Numbered from the stretch's first letter, positions 48,004 through 58,485 are shown. The stretch: 64,000 nucleotides of DNA from an uncultured Verrucomicrobiota bacterium (GCA_964535015.1 CAZHRU010000001.1:18148-82147), one strand, 5' to 3'. Made by a program: numbers and translations. The notes: a model not told the origin generated them from the sequence alone.

Positions 48004-49539
48004 TCATTGACGATAGGCAGAGGGCTCGATACCCAGATTCTTGATGTGGTAGTTTATGATGCGCTGGGTTGTCTGCAGATGGCGGGCGGCGGCGGCGGCA
48101 ATGCCACGATGGCGTTTCAGGGCATCCACGATGATTTCGCGTTCGAAGGATTCCACCATGGTTTGCAGAGAGGCGCCAGCCTCCGGCAACAGGGAGGTAT
48201 TGGTGGCCTCACTGGTCTGCAGCGAGGGGGGCATTGCGTAGCCGTGAACCACCTCGTCCGTTGACGTCAGGACGGCCCGCTCCACGCAGTTTTCCAGTTC
48301 ACGCACGTTCCCTGGCCAGTGGTAGGCCATCATCATATTGATGGCGGTGGTTGAGATACGTTTGACCTTCTTGCTGTAGGCCGCGTTATACTTTTGCAGG
48401 AAGAAGTCGGCCAGCAGGAGGATATCCGATCGCCGTTCCCTCAATGGAGGGAGCAGAATGGGAAAGACATTCAAGCGGTAGTACAGGTCCTCGCGGAAAC
48501 GACCCGACCGAATGGCCTCTTCCAGATTACGGCTGGTGGCGGCAATAACCCGAACGTTAACCGACAGGGTTTTGTCGCCGCCGACGCGTTCAAAGGACCG
48601 TTCCTGAAGAACACGCAAGAGACGGACCTGCACGGCGGGCGTGATATCACCGATTTCATCGAGGAAGATAGACCCGCCGCTGGCAAGTTCGAATCGGCCG
48701 CGTCGCTGTTGGGCGGCCCCGGTAAATGCGCCCTTTTCATGGCCAAAGAGTTCGCTTTCGATGAGGTTCTCGGGCAGGGCGGCGCAGTTGATGCTGATGA
48801 AGGGGTTGTTGCGGCGTGAACTGCCGAAGTGGATGGCCCGCGCGACAAGTTCCTTGCCGGTTCCGGATTCTCCCCGGATGAGGACGGTGGCGGTGCTGTC
48901 GGCGACCTGGGCGATCTGGTCATAGACGGCACGCATTTCCTTGGAATTGCCGACCAGATTGTGCGGCTGATAGCGGTCGCCCAACTGGCGGCGGAGCCGT
49001 TCATTTTCGGCTTTCAGGCTTTCCTGCTCATGAATTTGTTCGCGGATGCTGGCGACGGCTTCCGCAAGGAGATTCGCCACGATCACCAGGAAGTCCAGGT
49101 CCTTGGCGAGGGCGGAATCCGGGGCGGCCGGACGATTGATGCTGATGGTTCCAATGACCTGCCGGTGATGCAGGATGGGGACGCAGATGAAGGCGGTACA
49201 GACGTCCTTGCGTGCCCGTGTGCGATTCAGGAAGCGGGGGTCATTCCGAATATCGGGCACGATTTCCGGCTTTCCGCGTTTTGCGACCGAGCCGGTGATG
49301 CCTTCACCAAGTCGGTATTGGCCGCGATTGCGCTCCTCGGGCGTCAGTCCCCGTGAAGCCTCAATGACAAACACTTCCGTATCGGGCCGCCGAAGGGTAA
49401 GGGTCCCGTAGGACATGCCCATTTCCTTTTCCAGGATGTCGAAAACATCCTGGAGGAGTGATGAGATTTCACGGCGGTGTGCCATCGCCTGCGAAATGTG
49501 ATAGAGGACTCTGAGTTCTACCGATTCACGCTTGTCCAT
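48004..49539 (-). CDS. GAF-domain sigma-54-dependent transcriptional activator (NifA-like)
   Basis: N-terminal [18 protein letters not shown] Walker A, GAFTGA loop, and C-terminal Fis-type [24 protein letters not shown]. Confidence 0.85.
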   Translation of the reverse strand: MDKRESVELRVLYHISQAMAHRREISSLLQDVFDILEKEMGMSYGTLTLRRPDTEVFVIEASRGLTPEERNRGQYRLGEGITGSVAKRGKPEIVPDIRNDPRFLNRTRARKDVCTAFICVPILHHRQVIGTISINRPAAPDSALAKDLDFLVIVANLLAEAVASIREQIHEQESLKAENERLRRQLGDRYQPHNLVGNSKEMRAVYDQIAQVADSTATVLIRGESGTGKELVARAIHFGSSRRNNPFISINCAALPENLIESELFGHEKGAFTGAAQQRRGRFELASGGSIFLDEIGDITPAVQVRLLRVLQERSFERVGGDKTLSVNVRVIAATSRNLEEAIRSGRFREDLYYRLNVFPILLPPLRERRSDILLLADFFLQKYNAAYSKKVKRISTTAINMMMAYHWPGNVRELENCVERAVLTSTDEVVHGYAMPPSLQTSEATNTSLLPEAGASLQTMVESFEREIIVDALKRHRGIAAAAARHLQTTQRIINYHIKNLGIEPSAYRQ

Positions 49540-51574
49540 AGACCGTATGTTTCTGTTGGTTCAAAGAGACAATGGGAAGGGGGTAGTGCGTGCGTGAAAG
49601 CACCCGCTGAATTTCGCCGTCGATGGAAGGGCGATCGAGATCGGACGACTCCGGCTCTGGAAGGGGGAGGATCTCTGTGATTTGGTCGAGGAAAACACTG
49701 GGTTTGTAAGGCCGCAACACATGCCCTTTGACATTGAGCGAAGGAGGAGTCGCTCCGCCGGGGTGTCCGGAAGCCGCAATCACTTGCACGTGGCCAAACT
49801 CGGGCAATGACGCCAGGCGTTTCGAGAAATCCATCAGGGCGGCCTCCTGAACATCACAATCCAGGATTATGCAATTCGGCGGTAGTTCCCGGAAACGGGT
49901 GAGGGCATCCTGAAAGCCATGAGCCAAGGCGACACTACAGCCAGTCTGCTGAAACAGCACGGTGCCGGCAATAAGGAGTTGGGGGATGCTTTGATCCACG
50001 ATCATGACGTTGAAGGTGTTTGAACCCCGGGATTGCCCCCGCAGGGAAATGCCCCGGCGCAGGCGCGTCAGGAAAGAGGTCGTTGCTATGGGTTTGAGCG
50101 CGTAATCGCTCACGCCAAGTTCGAGAGTGCGTGTAACGGAGTCCTCGCTGGAGGCCAGGATCAAGATGTGAAACCGGCTGAGTTTCTGGCATGCCCTGAC
50201 GTCTTTGACAAGACGCACAGCCCCGTCATCTGGCAGGCTGTCATCGACGACAAGCATGTTAAAGGGAGACTGGATCAATCGCTCCACGGCGCCTTCCACG
50301 CTGGGCAGTGCTACGACTTCGATCCGGTCTTTTCCGATCATCTGAGTGATGGCGCGTTCGAGGGCCGCATCGCCCACGCAGATGGCGATCCGCCCGGAGT
50401 GATGGAAGGAAGGAACACCATCGGAAACGATAGAGAGCGCAGAGGGTTTGCCGGCGGTATTAAAGGTTGCCTGAAAGAGGTACCCTTCGACTTTGGAGGC
50501 AACATCGGCGAACGCGTCACTGGGGTGCAGCATGGCGAAGCCTGCGCAGGCCTTCAGGGGCAGGGCCTTGCCTGAGGTCTGGGTTATCTGAAGACGGTTG
50601 ATCTGCTGGAGGACTTTTTCCAGAGCGCTGGTGACGCCGAAGTGATCTTCGCCGGGCAGGTTGACCGCGAACTCGGAAAGCCCCCAACGCGCGACAACAT
50701 CGGTTGTGCGGAAAGACGACGAGAGGAGGGATCCAACATGACGGATAAGATCGTCCAAGGTCTCCTGGCTGGAGTTCTGTTTGACAAGATTGAAATTGGT
50801 CAGTCCAATCAGGGCGAACGAGAGCGGTTCGGCATTCCGTGCTGCGGAGACCTGAAGAGACGCGCAGGCTTCGATAAAGGCGGCCCGGTTCAACAATCCG
50901 CTCAAGGGGTCACGGCGGGACGGGCGGCCCAGTTCAAAACGCCGTTTCAGGCGGGTGGCGATGAAATCGGCCACCTCGTTGGCGTCGACGGGTTTGTTGA
51001 AATAGGCATCCGCATCATGAACCAGGGAGGGGGTGGCGTTTGGGGTGGCGCCTTGAGGAAGAATCGCAATGATGGGCATGGCGGCGGTAGACGGGTCGGA
51101 TCGCAGTTCGTGAATCAGAACCAGGCCTTCTTCACCGGCAAGAACAGAATCCACAATGAGGAGGGAGGGGGAGTTGTGCTGTAATTGCTGGCGCACGGTA
51201 GCGGTGGATTCGCTCATGAAGACGCGGTGGCCGTCTGCTTGGAAGACGTTGTTGAGTGACTCGCGCAGGACGGGATCGCAGGACACGAGCAGTATCGTCA
51301 GGCGGCGGGGTTCCTGTTGGGCAAGTTCGACCCGCATGCGTGTAATGAGGGTCCGCACGCGGGCGGCCAGGTTATCGGGGCTTGCGTTCTCGACCTCGTT
51401 TGCGCAGGTGGCGAGTTGCTGGAGATTGTTTTGTTTGCACGAGGCGCCCAGTGTTGCGGCCATCCGGCGGATGATTAACGCGGATTCCGGGGAGGAGTCC
51501 AGTGCCTGGAGGGCCGTCCTGAAGGCGTCAATTCTGTGGCCATAATTGATTGTCGACTGTTTCCCATGGTCCAT
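49526..51574 (-). CDS. Multidomain signalling protein: N-terminal helical (HPt-like?) region, receiver, degenerate GGDEF domain, two further receiver-like domains
   Basis: [20 protein letters not shown] and IILDCDV receiver cores. GGDEF-type domain [13 protein letters not shown]...[10 protein letters not shown] has GLSEF in place of GGDEF (coded at 50663-50692). ATG at 51574 has a GAGAGGAG RBS. The stop overlaps the activator start by 14 nt. Confidence 0.65.
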   Translation of the reverse strand: MDHGKQSTINYGHRIDAFRTALQALDSSPESALIIRRMAATLGASCKQNNLQQLATCANEVENASPDNLAARVRTLITRMRVELAQQEPRRLTILLVSCDPVLRESLNNVFQADGHRVFMSESTATVRQQLQHNSPSLLIVDSVLAGEEGLVLIHELRSDPSTAAMPIIAILPQGATPNATPSLVHDADAYFNKPVDANEVADFIATRLKRRFELGRPSRRDPLSGLLNRAAFIEACASLQVSAARNAEPLSFALIGLTNFNLVKQNSSQETLDDLIRHVGSLLSSSFRTTDVVARWGLSEFAVNLPGEDHFGVTSALEKVLQQINRLQITQTSGKALPLKACAGFAMLHPSDAFADVASKVEGYLFQATFNTAGKPSALSIVSDGVPSFHHSGRIAICVGDAALERAITQMIGKDRIEVVALPSVEGAVERLIQSPFNMLVVDDSLPDDGAVRLVKDVRACQKLSRFHILILASSEDSVTRTLELGVSDYALKPIATTSFLTRLRRGISLRGQSRGSNTFNVMIVDQSIPQLLIAGTVLFQQTGCSVALAHGFQDALTRFRELPPNCIILDCDVQEAALMDFSKRLASLPEFGHVQVIAASGHPGGATPPSLNVKGHVLRPYKPSVFLDQITEILPLPEPESSDLDRPSIDGEIQRVLSRTHYPLPIVSLNQQKHTVYGQA

Positions 51575-51758
51575 AGAATAAGAGTCTCCTCTCGTCGTCA
51601 AAAGCGGTCGGCAGACTACGCTGTTACCGTGATACGCAAGCGCAGGGATAATTGCACAGGAACCGGACGGTAATCAACACTAGTTATCATGTTGTCGCTG
51701 AAAGCATACACGTATTACACTGGGCAGGCAACGGGCAGCAGACACGAGGGAGGCGGCG

Positions 51759-54197
51759 ATGGTTGAGAGACGGACGGCGAGCGGAAAACCTTTGACGGAC
51801 AAAGCGGTTGGGCGAGGATTGCGCCTGAATATCATCGCGGGCAGTTTGGGAACGATGTGGGGGGTCATTGTCGGCGGGATGCCTCTGACCATGTTCATGA
51901 ACGCGATTGGGGCCAGCGGTGTGGCGATTGGGATGACGGTTGCCGTTCAGCAACTCAGCATGGCGCTGCAGATTCCAGCGGCGATGCTGGCCGAACGACT
52001 GGTGAGACGGAAGGTCTTTTGGGGAGTATACGCCCTGGGACATCGGGTCCTCTGGTTCGTGCCTGCGACGCTTCCTTTCCTGTTTGAAAGCGGCGACCGG
52101 CATTTGGTTGTGGCGGTGGTAGTAGCCGTGGCGGGCAGTTCCATCCTGGCGCAACTGAGTGCCCCGGCATGGTGGAGTTGGATGGCTGATTTGGTGCCCG
52201 TGGAACGGCGGGCCAGTTTCTGGGCCACGCGACACAGTTTTGTATCGGCGGCGAGCCTGGTGGCTTTGGTGATGTCGGGATACGTACTGGAGGTCTTTCC
52301 TGATCCGCATGCGCCGGGTGGGTCCTTCCTTGGTTTTGCCATTGTTTTCAGCTTCGCCGCCGTGGTTGGGGTCGCCGACATTCTCATTCACCTAGGGGTT
52401 CCTGAACCGAAGACGGAGGGGAAGGGGGATGCAAGCGGCCTGGTGTCACGTGTTCTGGAACCGTTCAAAAACCGAGATTTCCTGTGGCTGACGGTGGCAA
52501 TGGGGATCTGGTCGTTTTCCGTCGGACTGGTGGGACAGTTTGGCCTGGTTTATCTCAGGGAAGTGTACCATATCGGATATGCCGCCATGGCCGGTATGAT
52601 GATTGCGGGGACTATCGGCGGGTCCGTGGCTGGGATTCTCTGGGGGTACGTCATTGATCGGGTTGGGGCGCGGAACTTTGGTGCCATCATGATGATGGTG
52701 GCCCCGTTGATGGGGGCGGTTTGGTTCTTTCTCCGGGATGGCGTGGTGGCCATTCCTGTGCCTTTCCTTCATAATCCTGTTGTGTATCAGCCGTTGCTGT
52801 TACTGGTGGTGGTCAGTTTCTTCAGCGGGTTGTTTTACTCCGGGGTTGGGTTGTCGCAAGTGAGTCTGCTGGCGGCATTATCCTCTGCCAAGGGGCGTAC
52901 GATGGCGATGGCGGTACACTGGTCCGCCGTTGGTCTTCTGGCCGCCACAGGCCCGCTCGTGGGGGGGCGGGTGATGGACTGGGTGCATGCTCATCCGTTC
53001 CAGTGGATCATGCCGACGGGGCCGAAGTTTGATTTCTTCCATTTACTGATTCTGATGCAAGTGGCCGTGGTTTGGTTGCTGACCGTACGGGTGATGTTGC
53101 TGGTTCGGCAACGGGAAGGGGAGATGTCTTTTCGGACGGCGGTGGCCAGTTTTCAGTTCTCGAACCCGTTACGGGTGCTTACGGGGATTTTCAATATTTA
53201 CTCGATGCTGTCCTCCACGTCACGTGGCGGAAGGCTCGATGCGGTGAGGCGGCTTGGCGAGGACCGGATGCGGATAGCGGTGAAGGATCTGATTCATCAG
53301 TTGGATGATCCCTCGACGGAAGTACGCGAGGAGGCGGCGATTGCCCTTGGGCGTATTGGCAGCCCGGATGCCGTCGAAGCGTTGCTGTCCAAGTTCGACG
53401 ATCCGCATGCGGATCTTGGGCCCCAAATTGCCAGGGCGTTGCGACAGGCCCATAGTCCGGAAGCGGTGGAGTCGTTGATTCGGCGGTTGGGCGACGCTGA
53501 CCGGGAGACCGTGACCGAGAGTGTCCGCGCCTTGGGTGAAATCGGTGATGCACGTGCGAAGGGACCCTTGCTCACGGTCCTGAAGCAGAGTGGCGACGCC
53601 AAATTGGTTTCGGTTTCCAGTGAGGCGCTGGCGCGACTGGGGGAAATGGCGGCGATCTACGAGATTTTCCCGCGAATGAATGCCAGCAACAACCCGGTGT
53701 TGAAGCGATCTCTGGCCATGGCGGCCGCCGACCTGCTTGGGGAGCCGGGTGACTTCTACCGGATACTGGTCAAGGAGCAGAGAAGCAAAGGGGGTGGCGT
53801 CGAGTACCTGCTTTCGGAAATCCAAGGGGTGATTGAAGGGGCCGAAGGCAAGATCCTGCCCAGCCAGACAGCGATGTTGCGGGGGTGCCTGGAATGCCTG
53901 CACGAGGCCCAGTTGGCCGGCAAACCGGCGCTGGAGGCTGACATCATTTTTGATCTGGCCTTGCGGCTTGTGGCGGTCAGTTATGGTCTTCAATTCGGCG
54001 TTGATTCGCCTGCGCTTGTTGAGACCATTATCTGGCACGATCCCAGATTCGGGGTGGGTGTGTGGTACCTGGAGTTACTCCGTGAGGCCCGGGAGCAACA
54101 AGGCAGGACGCCGGACGGGACCGAAATCCTTCTGGGCCTTTACGTGCTGTCCCGGTGGCGACCGGGCGAGAAGCCGACTGGAGAGGGTGACGCCTGA
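51759..54197 (+). CDS. MFS-type transporter fused to a C-terminal HEAT (PBS-lyase-like) repeat domain
   Basis: About 460 aa with roughly 12 hydrophobic segments. These are followed by repeats such as DPSTEVREEAAIALGRIGSPDAVEALL and DADRETVTESVRALGEIGDARAKGPLL. GGGAGG RBS upstream. Confidence 0.7.
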   Translation: MVERRTASGKPLTDKAVGRGLRLNIIAGSLGTMWGVIVGGMPLTMFMNAIGASGVAIGMTVAVQQLSMALQIPAAMLAERLVRRKVFWGVYALGHRVLWFVPATLPFLFESGDRHLVVAVVVAVAGSSILAQLSAPAWWSWMADLVPVERRASFWATRHSFVSAASLVALVMSGYVLEVFPDPHAPGGSFLGFAIVFSFAAVVGVADILIHLGVPEPKTEGKGDASGLVSRVLEPFKNRDFLWLTVAMGIWSFSVGLVGQFGLVYLREVYHIGYAAMAGMMIAGTIGGSVAGILWGYVIDRVGARNFGAIMMMVAPLMGAVWFFLRDGVVAIPVPFLHNPVVYQPLLLLVVVSFFSGLFYSGVGLSQVSLLAALSSAKGRTMAMAVHWSAVGLLAATGPLVGGRVMDWVHAHPFQWIMPTGPKFDFFHLLILMQVAVVWLLTVRVMLLVRQREGEMSFRTAVASFQFSNPLRVLTGIFNIYSMLSSTSRGGRLDAVRRLGEDRMRIAVKDLIHQLDDPSTEVREEAAIALGRIGSPDAVEALLSKFDDPHADLGPQIARALRQAHSPEAVESLIRRLGDADRETVTESVRALGEIGDARAKGPLLTVLKQSGDAKLVSVSSEALARLGEMAAIYEIFPRMNASNNPVLKRSLAMAAADLLGEPGDFYRILVKEQRSKGGGVEYLLSEIQGVIEGAEGKILPSQTAMLRGCLECLHEAQLAGKPALEADIIFDLALRLVAVSYGLQFGVDSPALVETIIWHDPRFGVGVWYLELLREAREQQGRTPDGTEILLGLYVLSRWRPGEKPTGEGDA

Positions 54198-54305
54198 AAC
54201 AGGGGGCGGACTCTATTGTGGGTACCGGCGTAAAAAATCCGCTTCTGGGAATCCCGGCATAATGCTAAAATGTGGACCTTCAACACAATAGGAAGGAATA
54301 ACAAC

Positions 54306-54896
54306 ATGGCAGTATTGGTGACGAAAGAGGCTCCTGATTTTACGGCGCAGGCAGTGTTGCCGGATAATTCCATTGGAGAGGTCAAGTTGTCGTCCTACCG
54401 GGGCAAGTATGTCGTGCTCCTGTTCTATCCGTTAGACTTCACCTTTGTGTGTCCGTCGGAGATCATCGCGTTTGACAAGGCAGTGAAGCGGTTCAAGGAA
54501 AAGAACGCCGTGGTGCTTGGCATTTCGGTTGATTCCCAGTTTACGCATTATCATTGGCGCCTGACTCCGCGGAACAAAGGCGGCATCGGGGAGATTCAGT
54601 TCCCGTTGGTGGCGGATCTGGACAAGTCAATTGCCCGCGCCTACGATGTTCTGATGAATGAGGCTGTGGCGTTGCGCGGGTTGTTTTTGATCGACACCCA
54701 CGGTGTGGTGCGGCACCAGTTGGTTAACGACCTTCCCATCGGGCGCAGCGTGGACGAGATTCTGCGGACGCTGGATGCCCTGCAGTACACGGAAGAGCAC
54801 GGTGAAGTGTGCCCCGCGAACTGGAGAGAAGGCGATGAGGCCATGAAGCCTACCGCCGAGGGTGTCGCCAGTTACCTGAGTAAGCATGCCAAGTGA
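54306..54896 (+). CDS. ahpC: Typical 2-Cys peroxiredoxin
   Basis: FYPLDFTFVCPSEI peroxidatic Cys and C-terminal EVCPANW resolving Cys. GGAAGGA RBS upstream. Confidence 0.92.
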   Translation: MAVLVTKEAPDFTAQAVLPDNSIGEVKLSSYRGKYVVLLFYPLDFTFVCPSEIIAFDKAVKRFKEKNAVVLGISVDSQFTHYHWRLTPRNKGGIGEIQFPLVADLDKSIARAYDVLMNEAVALRGLFLIDTHGVVRHQLVNDLPIGRSVDEILRTLDALQYTEEHGEVCPANWREGDEAMKPTAEGVASYLSKHAK

Positions 54897-54899
54897 CGC

Positions 54900-55529
54900 A
54901 TGGATGAGTTGATCCCACGGAACCGTATAGGCGTGCTGGGCGGGACCTTCAATCCGGTGCACGAGGGTCATTTGATTCTGGCCCAGGACGCCTTTGAGCA
55001 CTTTGAGTTAAGCAAGGTGCTTTTCATGCCCTGCGCCTATCCGCCTCATAAGACTGATCGTGACCTGCTTTCGGCAGAGCACCGGGTGGCGATGCTGGAA
55101 TCGGCCATCGAGGGGGATTTGCGGTTTCAGGTGTCGCGGGAAGAAATAGACCGCGATGGGGTTTCATACACGATTGAGACGGCGCGCAGGCTCAGGACGC
55201 AATATCCGGAATCTGAAATCGTTTTCATCATCGGGTCGGATTCCCTGCTGGAACTGCACCTTTGGAAAGATATTGGTGAACTGCTTGAGTTGTGCCACTT
55301 TGCAACTCTGACAAGGCCGGGGGCGGATTATGAGGGGGTGATGAAGGCTGATTTGCGGCTTCCCGGGGAATGGGGCAACCGGTTGAAGCGTTTTGTGAGG
55401 GTAGGGCACACGGTGAACATTTCGTCGTCGGATATCCGGTACCGGGTCGCTGAGGGAATGTCGATACGTTACCTTGTGCATCCGGCGGTGGAAATGTACA
55501 TTACCGAGCATTCGCTTTATAGGAGATGA
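54900..55529 (+). CDS. nadD: Nicotinate-nucleotide adenylyltransferase
   Basis: GVLGGTFNPVHEGH and the ISSSDIR motif. Confidence 0.9.
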   Translation: MDELIPRNRIGVLGGTFNPVHEGHLILAQDAFEHFELSKVLFMPCAYPPHKTDRDLLSAEHRVAMLESAIEGDLRFQVSREEIDRDGVSYTIETARRLRTQYPESEIVFIIGSDSLLELHLWKDIGELLELCHFATLTRPGADYEGVMKADLRLPGEWGNRLKRFVRVGHTVNISSSDIRYRVAEGMSIRYLVHPAVEMYITEHSLYRR

Positions 55530-55870
55530 TACCAATGGAGAGTATTGATATGGCGCGCGCAGCGCGAGAGGCGCTTTTGTCCAAGAAAGGGACATCGGTT
55601 GTCATTCTGGATGTGCGGAAGATATCGCCGGTGACAGACTACTATGTGATTGCGTCCGGGGTTACAGCGCCGCAGCTCAAAGCAATGTCCAGTGCGGTAC
55701 ATCGTCATTTGAAGGAGTCCGGTATTCGATTTTTCAGGCAGTCAGGAATGCCTGACGACGGGTGGGTGGTGTTGGATTTCGTGGACGTGGTCATCCACAT
55801 GTTTTTGCAGGAGATCCGGGACTACTACGCCATCGAAGAGTTGTGGGCTGATGCGCCCCAGGTAAGTTAG
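55526..55870 (+). CDS. rsfS: Ribosome silencing factor
   Basis: DYYVIASG and WVVLDFVDVVIHMF...YYAIEELW. Directly downstream of nadD. Confidence 0.85.
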   Translation: MIPMESIDMARAAREALLSKKGTSVVILDVRKISPVTDYYVIASGVTAPQLKAMSSAVHRHLKESGIRFFRQSGMPDDGWVVLDFVDVVIHMFLQEIRDYYAIEELWADAPQVS

Positions 55871-55912
55871 ATGGTTTCCCGAGTCCTCGGGAAAGGCGGT
55901 GGAGATGTGAAG

Positions 55913-56866
55913 ATGACGCCTCGGGAACGTTTTATTGGTGCGCTGGAGCGCCGGCCGTTAACCGGACGGGTTCCGCATTTCGAACTGGTGTTCTTTCTGA
56001 CGATGGAGGCGTTTGGGAAGGTCCACCCCTCCCAGCGACATTATCAGCAGTGGCAGCAGATGGAGGAAAAGGAACGCCGTTTGCATTTGGATGAGATGGC
56101 GGAGGTCTATCTGGCCACGGCCGAACGCTTTGAACACAGCGCCATTTTTCTGCATCCGAGTCCCGGAGGCTTGGAATGGACCTGCCGGTTGATTGATCTT
56201 GTCCGGGAGAAGAGCGGTGACCGGTATTTCCTGATGTTGCACGGCGATGCCACCCATGACATTCCCGGTGGAGACAGGATGCTGGAGTTCTCCTACCGGC
56301 TGGCCGACGAACCGGAGAAGGTTAAGCGTGAGGCTGCGGAACGAGTGACGTGGGCGTTAAACCGGGGAGCCGAGTTGAAGGCGCATGGTGGTTTGGATGG
56401 ATTCGCCTTGTGTTCGGACTACTGCCTGAACACCGGCCCCTTTCTGAGTCCTGACCAGTTCGGTGAGTTCGTAACCCCGTATCTGGCGACGTTGATCCAA
56501 GGGTATCGGGACATGGGGTTCTATACGATCAAGCACACGGATGGGAACATTATGCCGATCATTGACCAGTTGGTGGATGCGAAACCGCATGCGCTGCACT
56601 CCCTTGATCCCCAGGCGGGTGTCGACATCGCGGAGGTCAAGCGCCGGTACGGCAAACAGGTATGCCTGATTGGCAATGTGGATTGCGGCAAGATGGATAC
56701 AGGAACGGATGAGGATGTGGTGGAGTCGGTCACCTATGCCCTTACGCAGGGCATGCCCGGTGGCGGTTACATCTTTTCCACCAGCAATTGCATCTACACC
56801 GGCATGCGGTTGGCCCGTTATGAACTTATGCTGGACGTCTGGCGAAAACTGGGAAATTACCCCTGA
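55913..56866 (+). CDS. Uroporphyrinogen decarboxylase (URO-D)/MtaA-like family protein
   Basis: MTPRERFIGALERRPLTGRVPHFE N-terminus, TIKHTDGNIMPIIDQL and the LIGNVD pattern, as in URO-D superfamily methyltransferase-like proteins. Confidence 0.6.
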   Translation: MTPRERFIGALERRPLTGRVPHFELVFFLTMEAFGKVHPSQRHYQQWQQMEEKERRLHLDEMAEVYLATAERFEHSAIFLHPSPGGLEWTCRLIDLVREKSGDRYFLMLHGDATHDIPGGDRMLEFSYRLADEPEKVKREAAERVTWALNRGAELKAHGGLDGFALCSDYCLNTGPFLSPDQFGEFVTPYLATLIQGYRDMGFYTIKHTDGNIMPIIDQLVDAKPHALHSLDPQAGVDIAEVKRRYGKQVCLIGNVDCGKMDTGTDEDVVESVTYALTQGMPGGGYIFSTSNCIYTGMRLARYELMLDVWRKLGNYP

Positions 56867-57417
56867 TGGATAAGTGTCTCAGGTAAGGCCGGTGTTTCTT
56901 CCGATTCCTCCGGCATGTCCAACAGGCCCTGCGTGACCAGGATTTGTTGTGCAAGATCGTCGATATTCAACGGCGAGAGATGGTGATCTCCCCACTGTTC
57001 GAACCAGACTTCGGGGTCGGTGATGGCGAATAGGATGTCGGAGATTTCGGCGAGGCGGGCGGAGGACGGCGGGAGGCTGGGTGGATGCCGGGGGATGGTT
57101 TGGCTCAGTGTGATCCAAAGCCCCACGCCAATCACGAGACTTGCGGCCACGGCCACAAGGAGGCGGGGCAGGCGCTGGAAGGCAGCGCCCGGTTGAAGTG
57201 GGCGGTGTGCCGCAGCGGCCATGATGGTGGCGACGGTGGTGTCCGGAGCGTCGACCGGATGGTCTGAAAAGGCGCGGTGGAAGGCAGCGAGGTCCCGTGC
57301 GAACGCACGACAGTTCGCGCAGTGTTCCAGATGCCGTTGCCGTTCGGCGGACTGGCTGCTGGAAATCTCGGCTGTCGTTTCCAGCAGGATGTATCGTTCG
57401 GTGGTTTTGCAGTTCAT
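56857..57417 (-). CDS. Anti-sigma factor (zf-HC2) with a single TM segment
   Basis: HLEHCANCRAF (Hx3Cx2C). The hydrophobic segment is LLVAVAASLVIGVGLWITL. Overlaps the upstream ECF sigma stop (ATGA). Confidence 0.65.
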   Translation of the reverse strand: MNCKTTERYILLETTAEISSSQSAERQRHLEHCANCRAFARDLAAFHRAFSDHPVDAPDTTVATIMAAAAHRPLQPGAAFQRLPRLLVAVAASLVIGVGLWITLSQTIPRHPPSLPPSSARLAEISDILFAITDPEVWFEQWGDHHLSPLNIDDLAQQILVTQGLLDMPEESEETPALPETLIHQG

Positions 57418-58019
57418 GCTTCTTCTCCCTCCAAGTCCACATCGGACAATTGTCTTCTCAGGTTGGTGATGGCGTAGTGCATTCTCGCCAGCGCGGTGTT
57501 AATCGAGACCTTCTGGATGCCGGCGATTTCCTTGAAGGACAATCCCGCCTCCATCCGCATGAGGAACACTTCCTTCTGTTCGGTGGCGATGCCCGCCAGG
57601 GCTCTTTGTATCCGGGCGGCGGTTTCACGTCCGATGGCAATCGCCGACGGGCCAGGGGATTGATCCTGCAATGTGTCGAGCAAGGTTGTTTCATTGTCAC
57701 GGTCAATGGCGCCATCCAAGGGTATTAGCGGTTTTCGACTGCGTATACGGTCAATGACCAGATTATGGGCGATCCTGAAGATCCAACCGCGGAAACGCCC
57801 GGTGCTATAGGTTGTAGCGTTCTTAATGACCTTCATCCATGCGTCCTGAAATATCTCATCGGCATCGTGCGGGGAACGGACCATTCGCAGGATGTAGCCA
57901 TACAACATGCTGCGGTGTCGCTTGATCAAAGCTTCCAGTGCCGCCAAATCACCCGCTAGATACGACGTCAGAAGTTCTTCGTCGCTTTGATCCATTCCGG
58001 TTGCCTTTTGATTAATCAC
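57414..58019 (-). CDS. ECF-type RNA polymerase sigma factor
   Basis: Region 2 is DADEIFQDAWMKV...FRGWIFRIAHNLVIDRIR. Region 4 is VFLMRMEAGLSFKEIAGIQKVSINTALARMHYA. Confidence 0.85.
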   Translation of the reverse strand: MINQKATGMDQSDEELLTSYLAGDLAALEALIKRHRSMLYGYILRMVRSPHDADEIFQDAWMKVIKNATTYSTGRFRGWIFRIAHNLVIDRIRSRKPLIPLDGAIDRDNETTLLDTLQDQSPGPSAIAIGRETAARIQRALAGIATEQKEVFLMRMEAGLSFKEIAGIQKVSINTALARMHYAITNLRRQLSDVDLEGEEA

Positions 58020-58085
58020 TGCCTCTTCTTATCCTAAACGGACGAGGAGGGGCGAATATTTTGTAAATTTCGGGGAAATTACAAG

Positions 58086-58113
58086 TTGACTTGCAAAAGA
58101 AGGCGGCTATTAT
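58086..58113 (+). promoter_or_regulatory. Candidate sigma-70 promoter for rpsT (TTGACT-N16-TATTAT)
   Basis: TTGACT at 58086-58091 and TATTAT at 58108-58113, about 50 nt upstream of the rpsT ATG. Confidence 0.45.
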
Positions 58114-58163
58114 GACCGCGTTTTTGCCTGAATCAGGGTAATTGTTAGCAAGGAAGACAACAT

Positions 58164-58427
58164 ATGCCGAATATCAAAAGTGCAGCCAAACGCGCGGGTC
58201 AAGCGGAAGTGCGTCGCCTGCGGAATCGTAGCACCAAGAGCGCCGTTGCAACGGCGAAGCGTATTTTTATTGCCGCCGTGGAGTCCAAAGACAAGAAGGT
58301 GGCGATGGATAAATTCAGGGCGCTGTGTTCAATCCTGGACAAGTCGGTCAAGCGTGGGATCATCAAGAAGAACACGGCCGATCGCGGCAAGTCACGTTCT
58401 TCGGCGATGATTGCCAAGATGGGCTGA
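58164..58427 (+). CDS. rpsT: 30S ribosomal protein S20
   Basis: MPNIKSAAKRAGQAEVRRLRNRSTKS... 87 aa, basic. Confidence 0.9.
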   Translation: MPNIKSAAKRAGQAEVRRLRNRSTKSAVATAKRIFIAAVESKDKKVAMDKFRALCSILDKSVKRGIIKKNTADRGKSRSSAMIAKMG

Positions 58428-58446
58428 CGATTTTGGAACGGATAAG

Positions 58447-58485
58447 GCCGTGCCGGTGGGAAACCCTTGGCACGGCATTTTTATT
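58447..58485 (+). terminator. Rho-independent terminator after rpsT
   Basis: GCCGTGCC (58447-58454) pairs with GGCACGGC (58469-58476). An inner GGG/CCC also pairs. The stem is followed by ATTTTTATT. Confidence 0.65.

Noticed and set aside
51602-51758. Divergent intergenic region searched for a sigma-54 promoter (GGGATAATTGCA at about 51644)
   Set aside because: The GG and GC elements are too close (about 9 nt instead of 12 between corresponding G positions).
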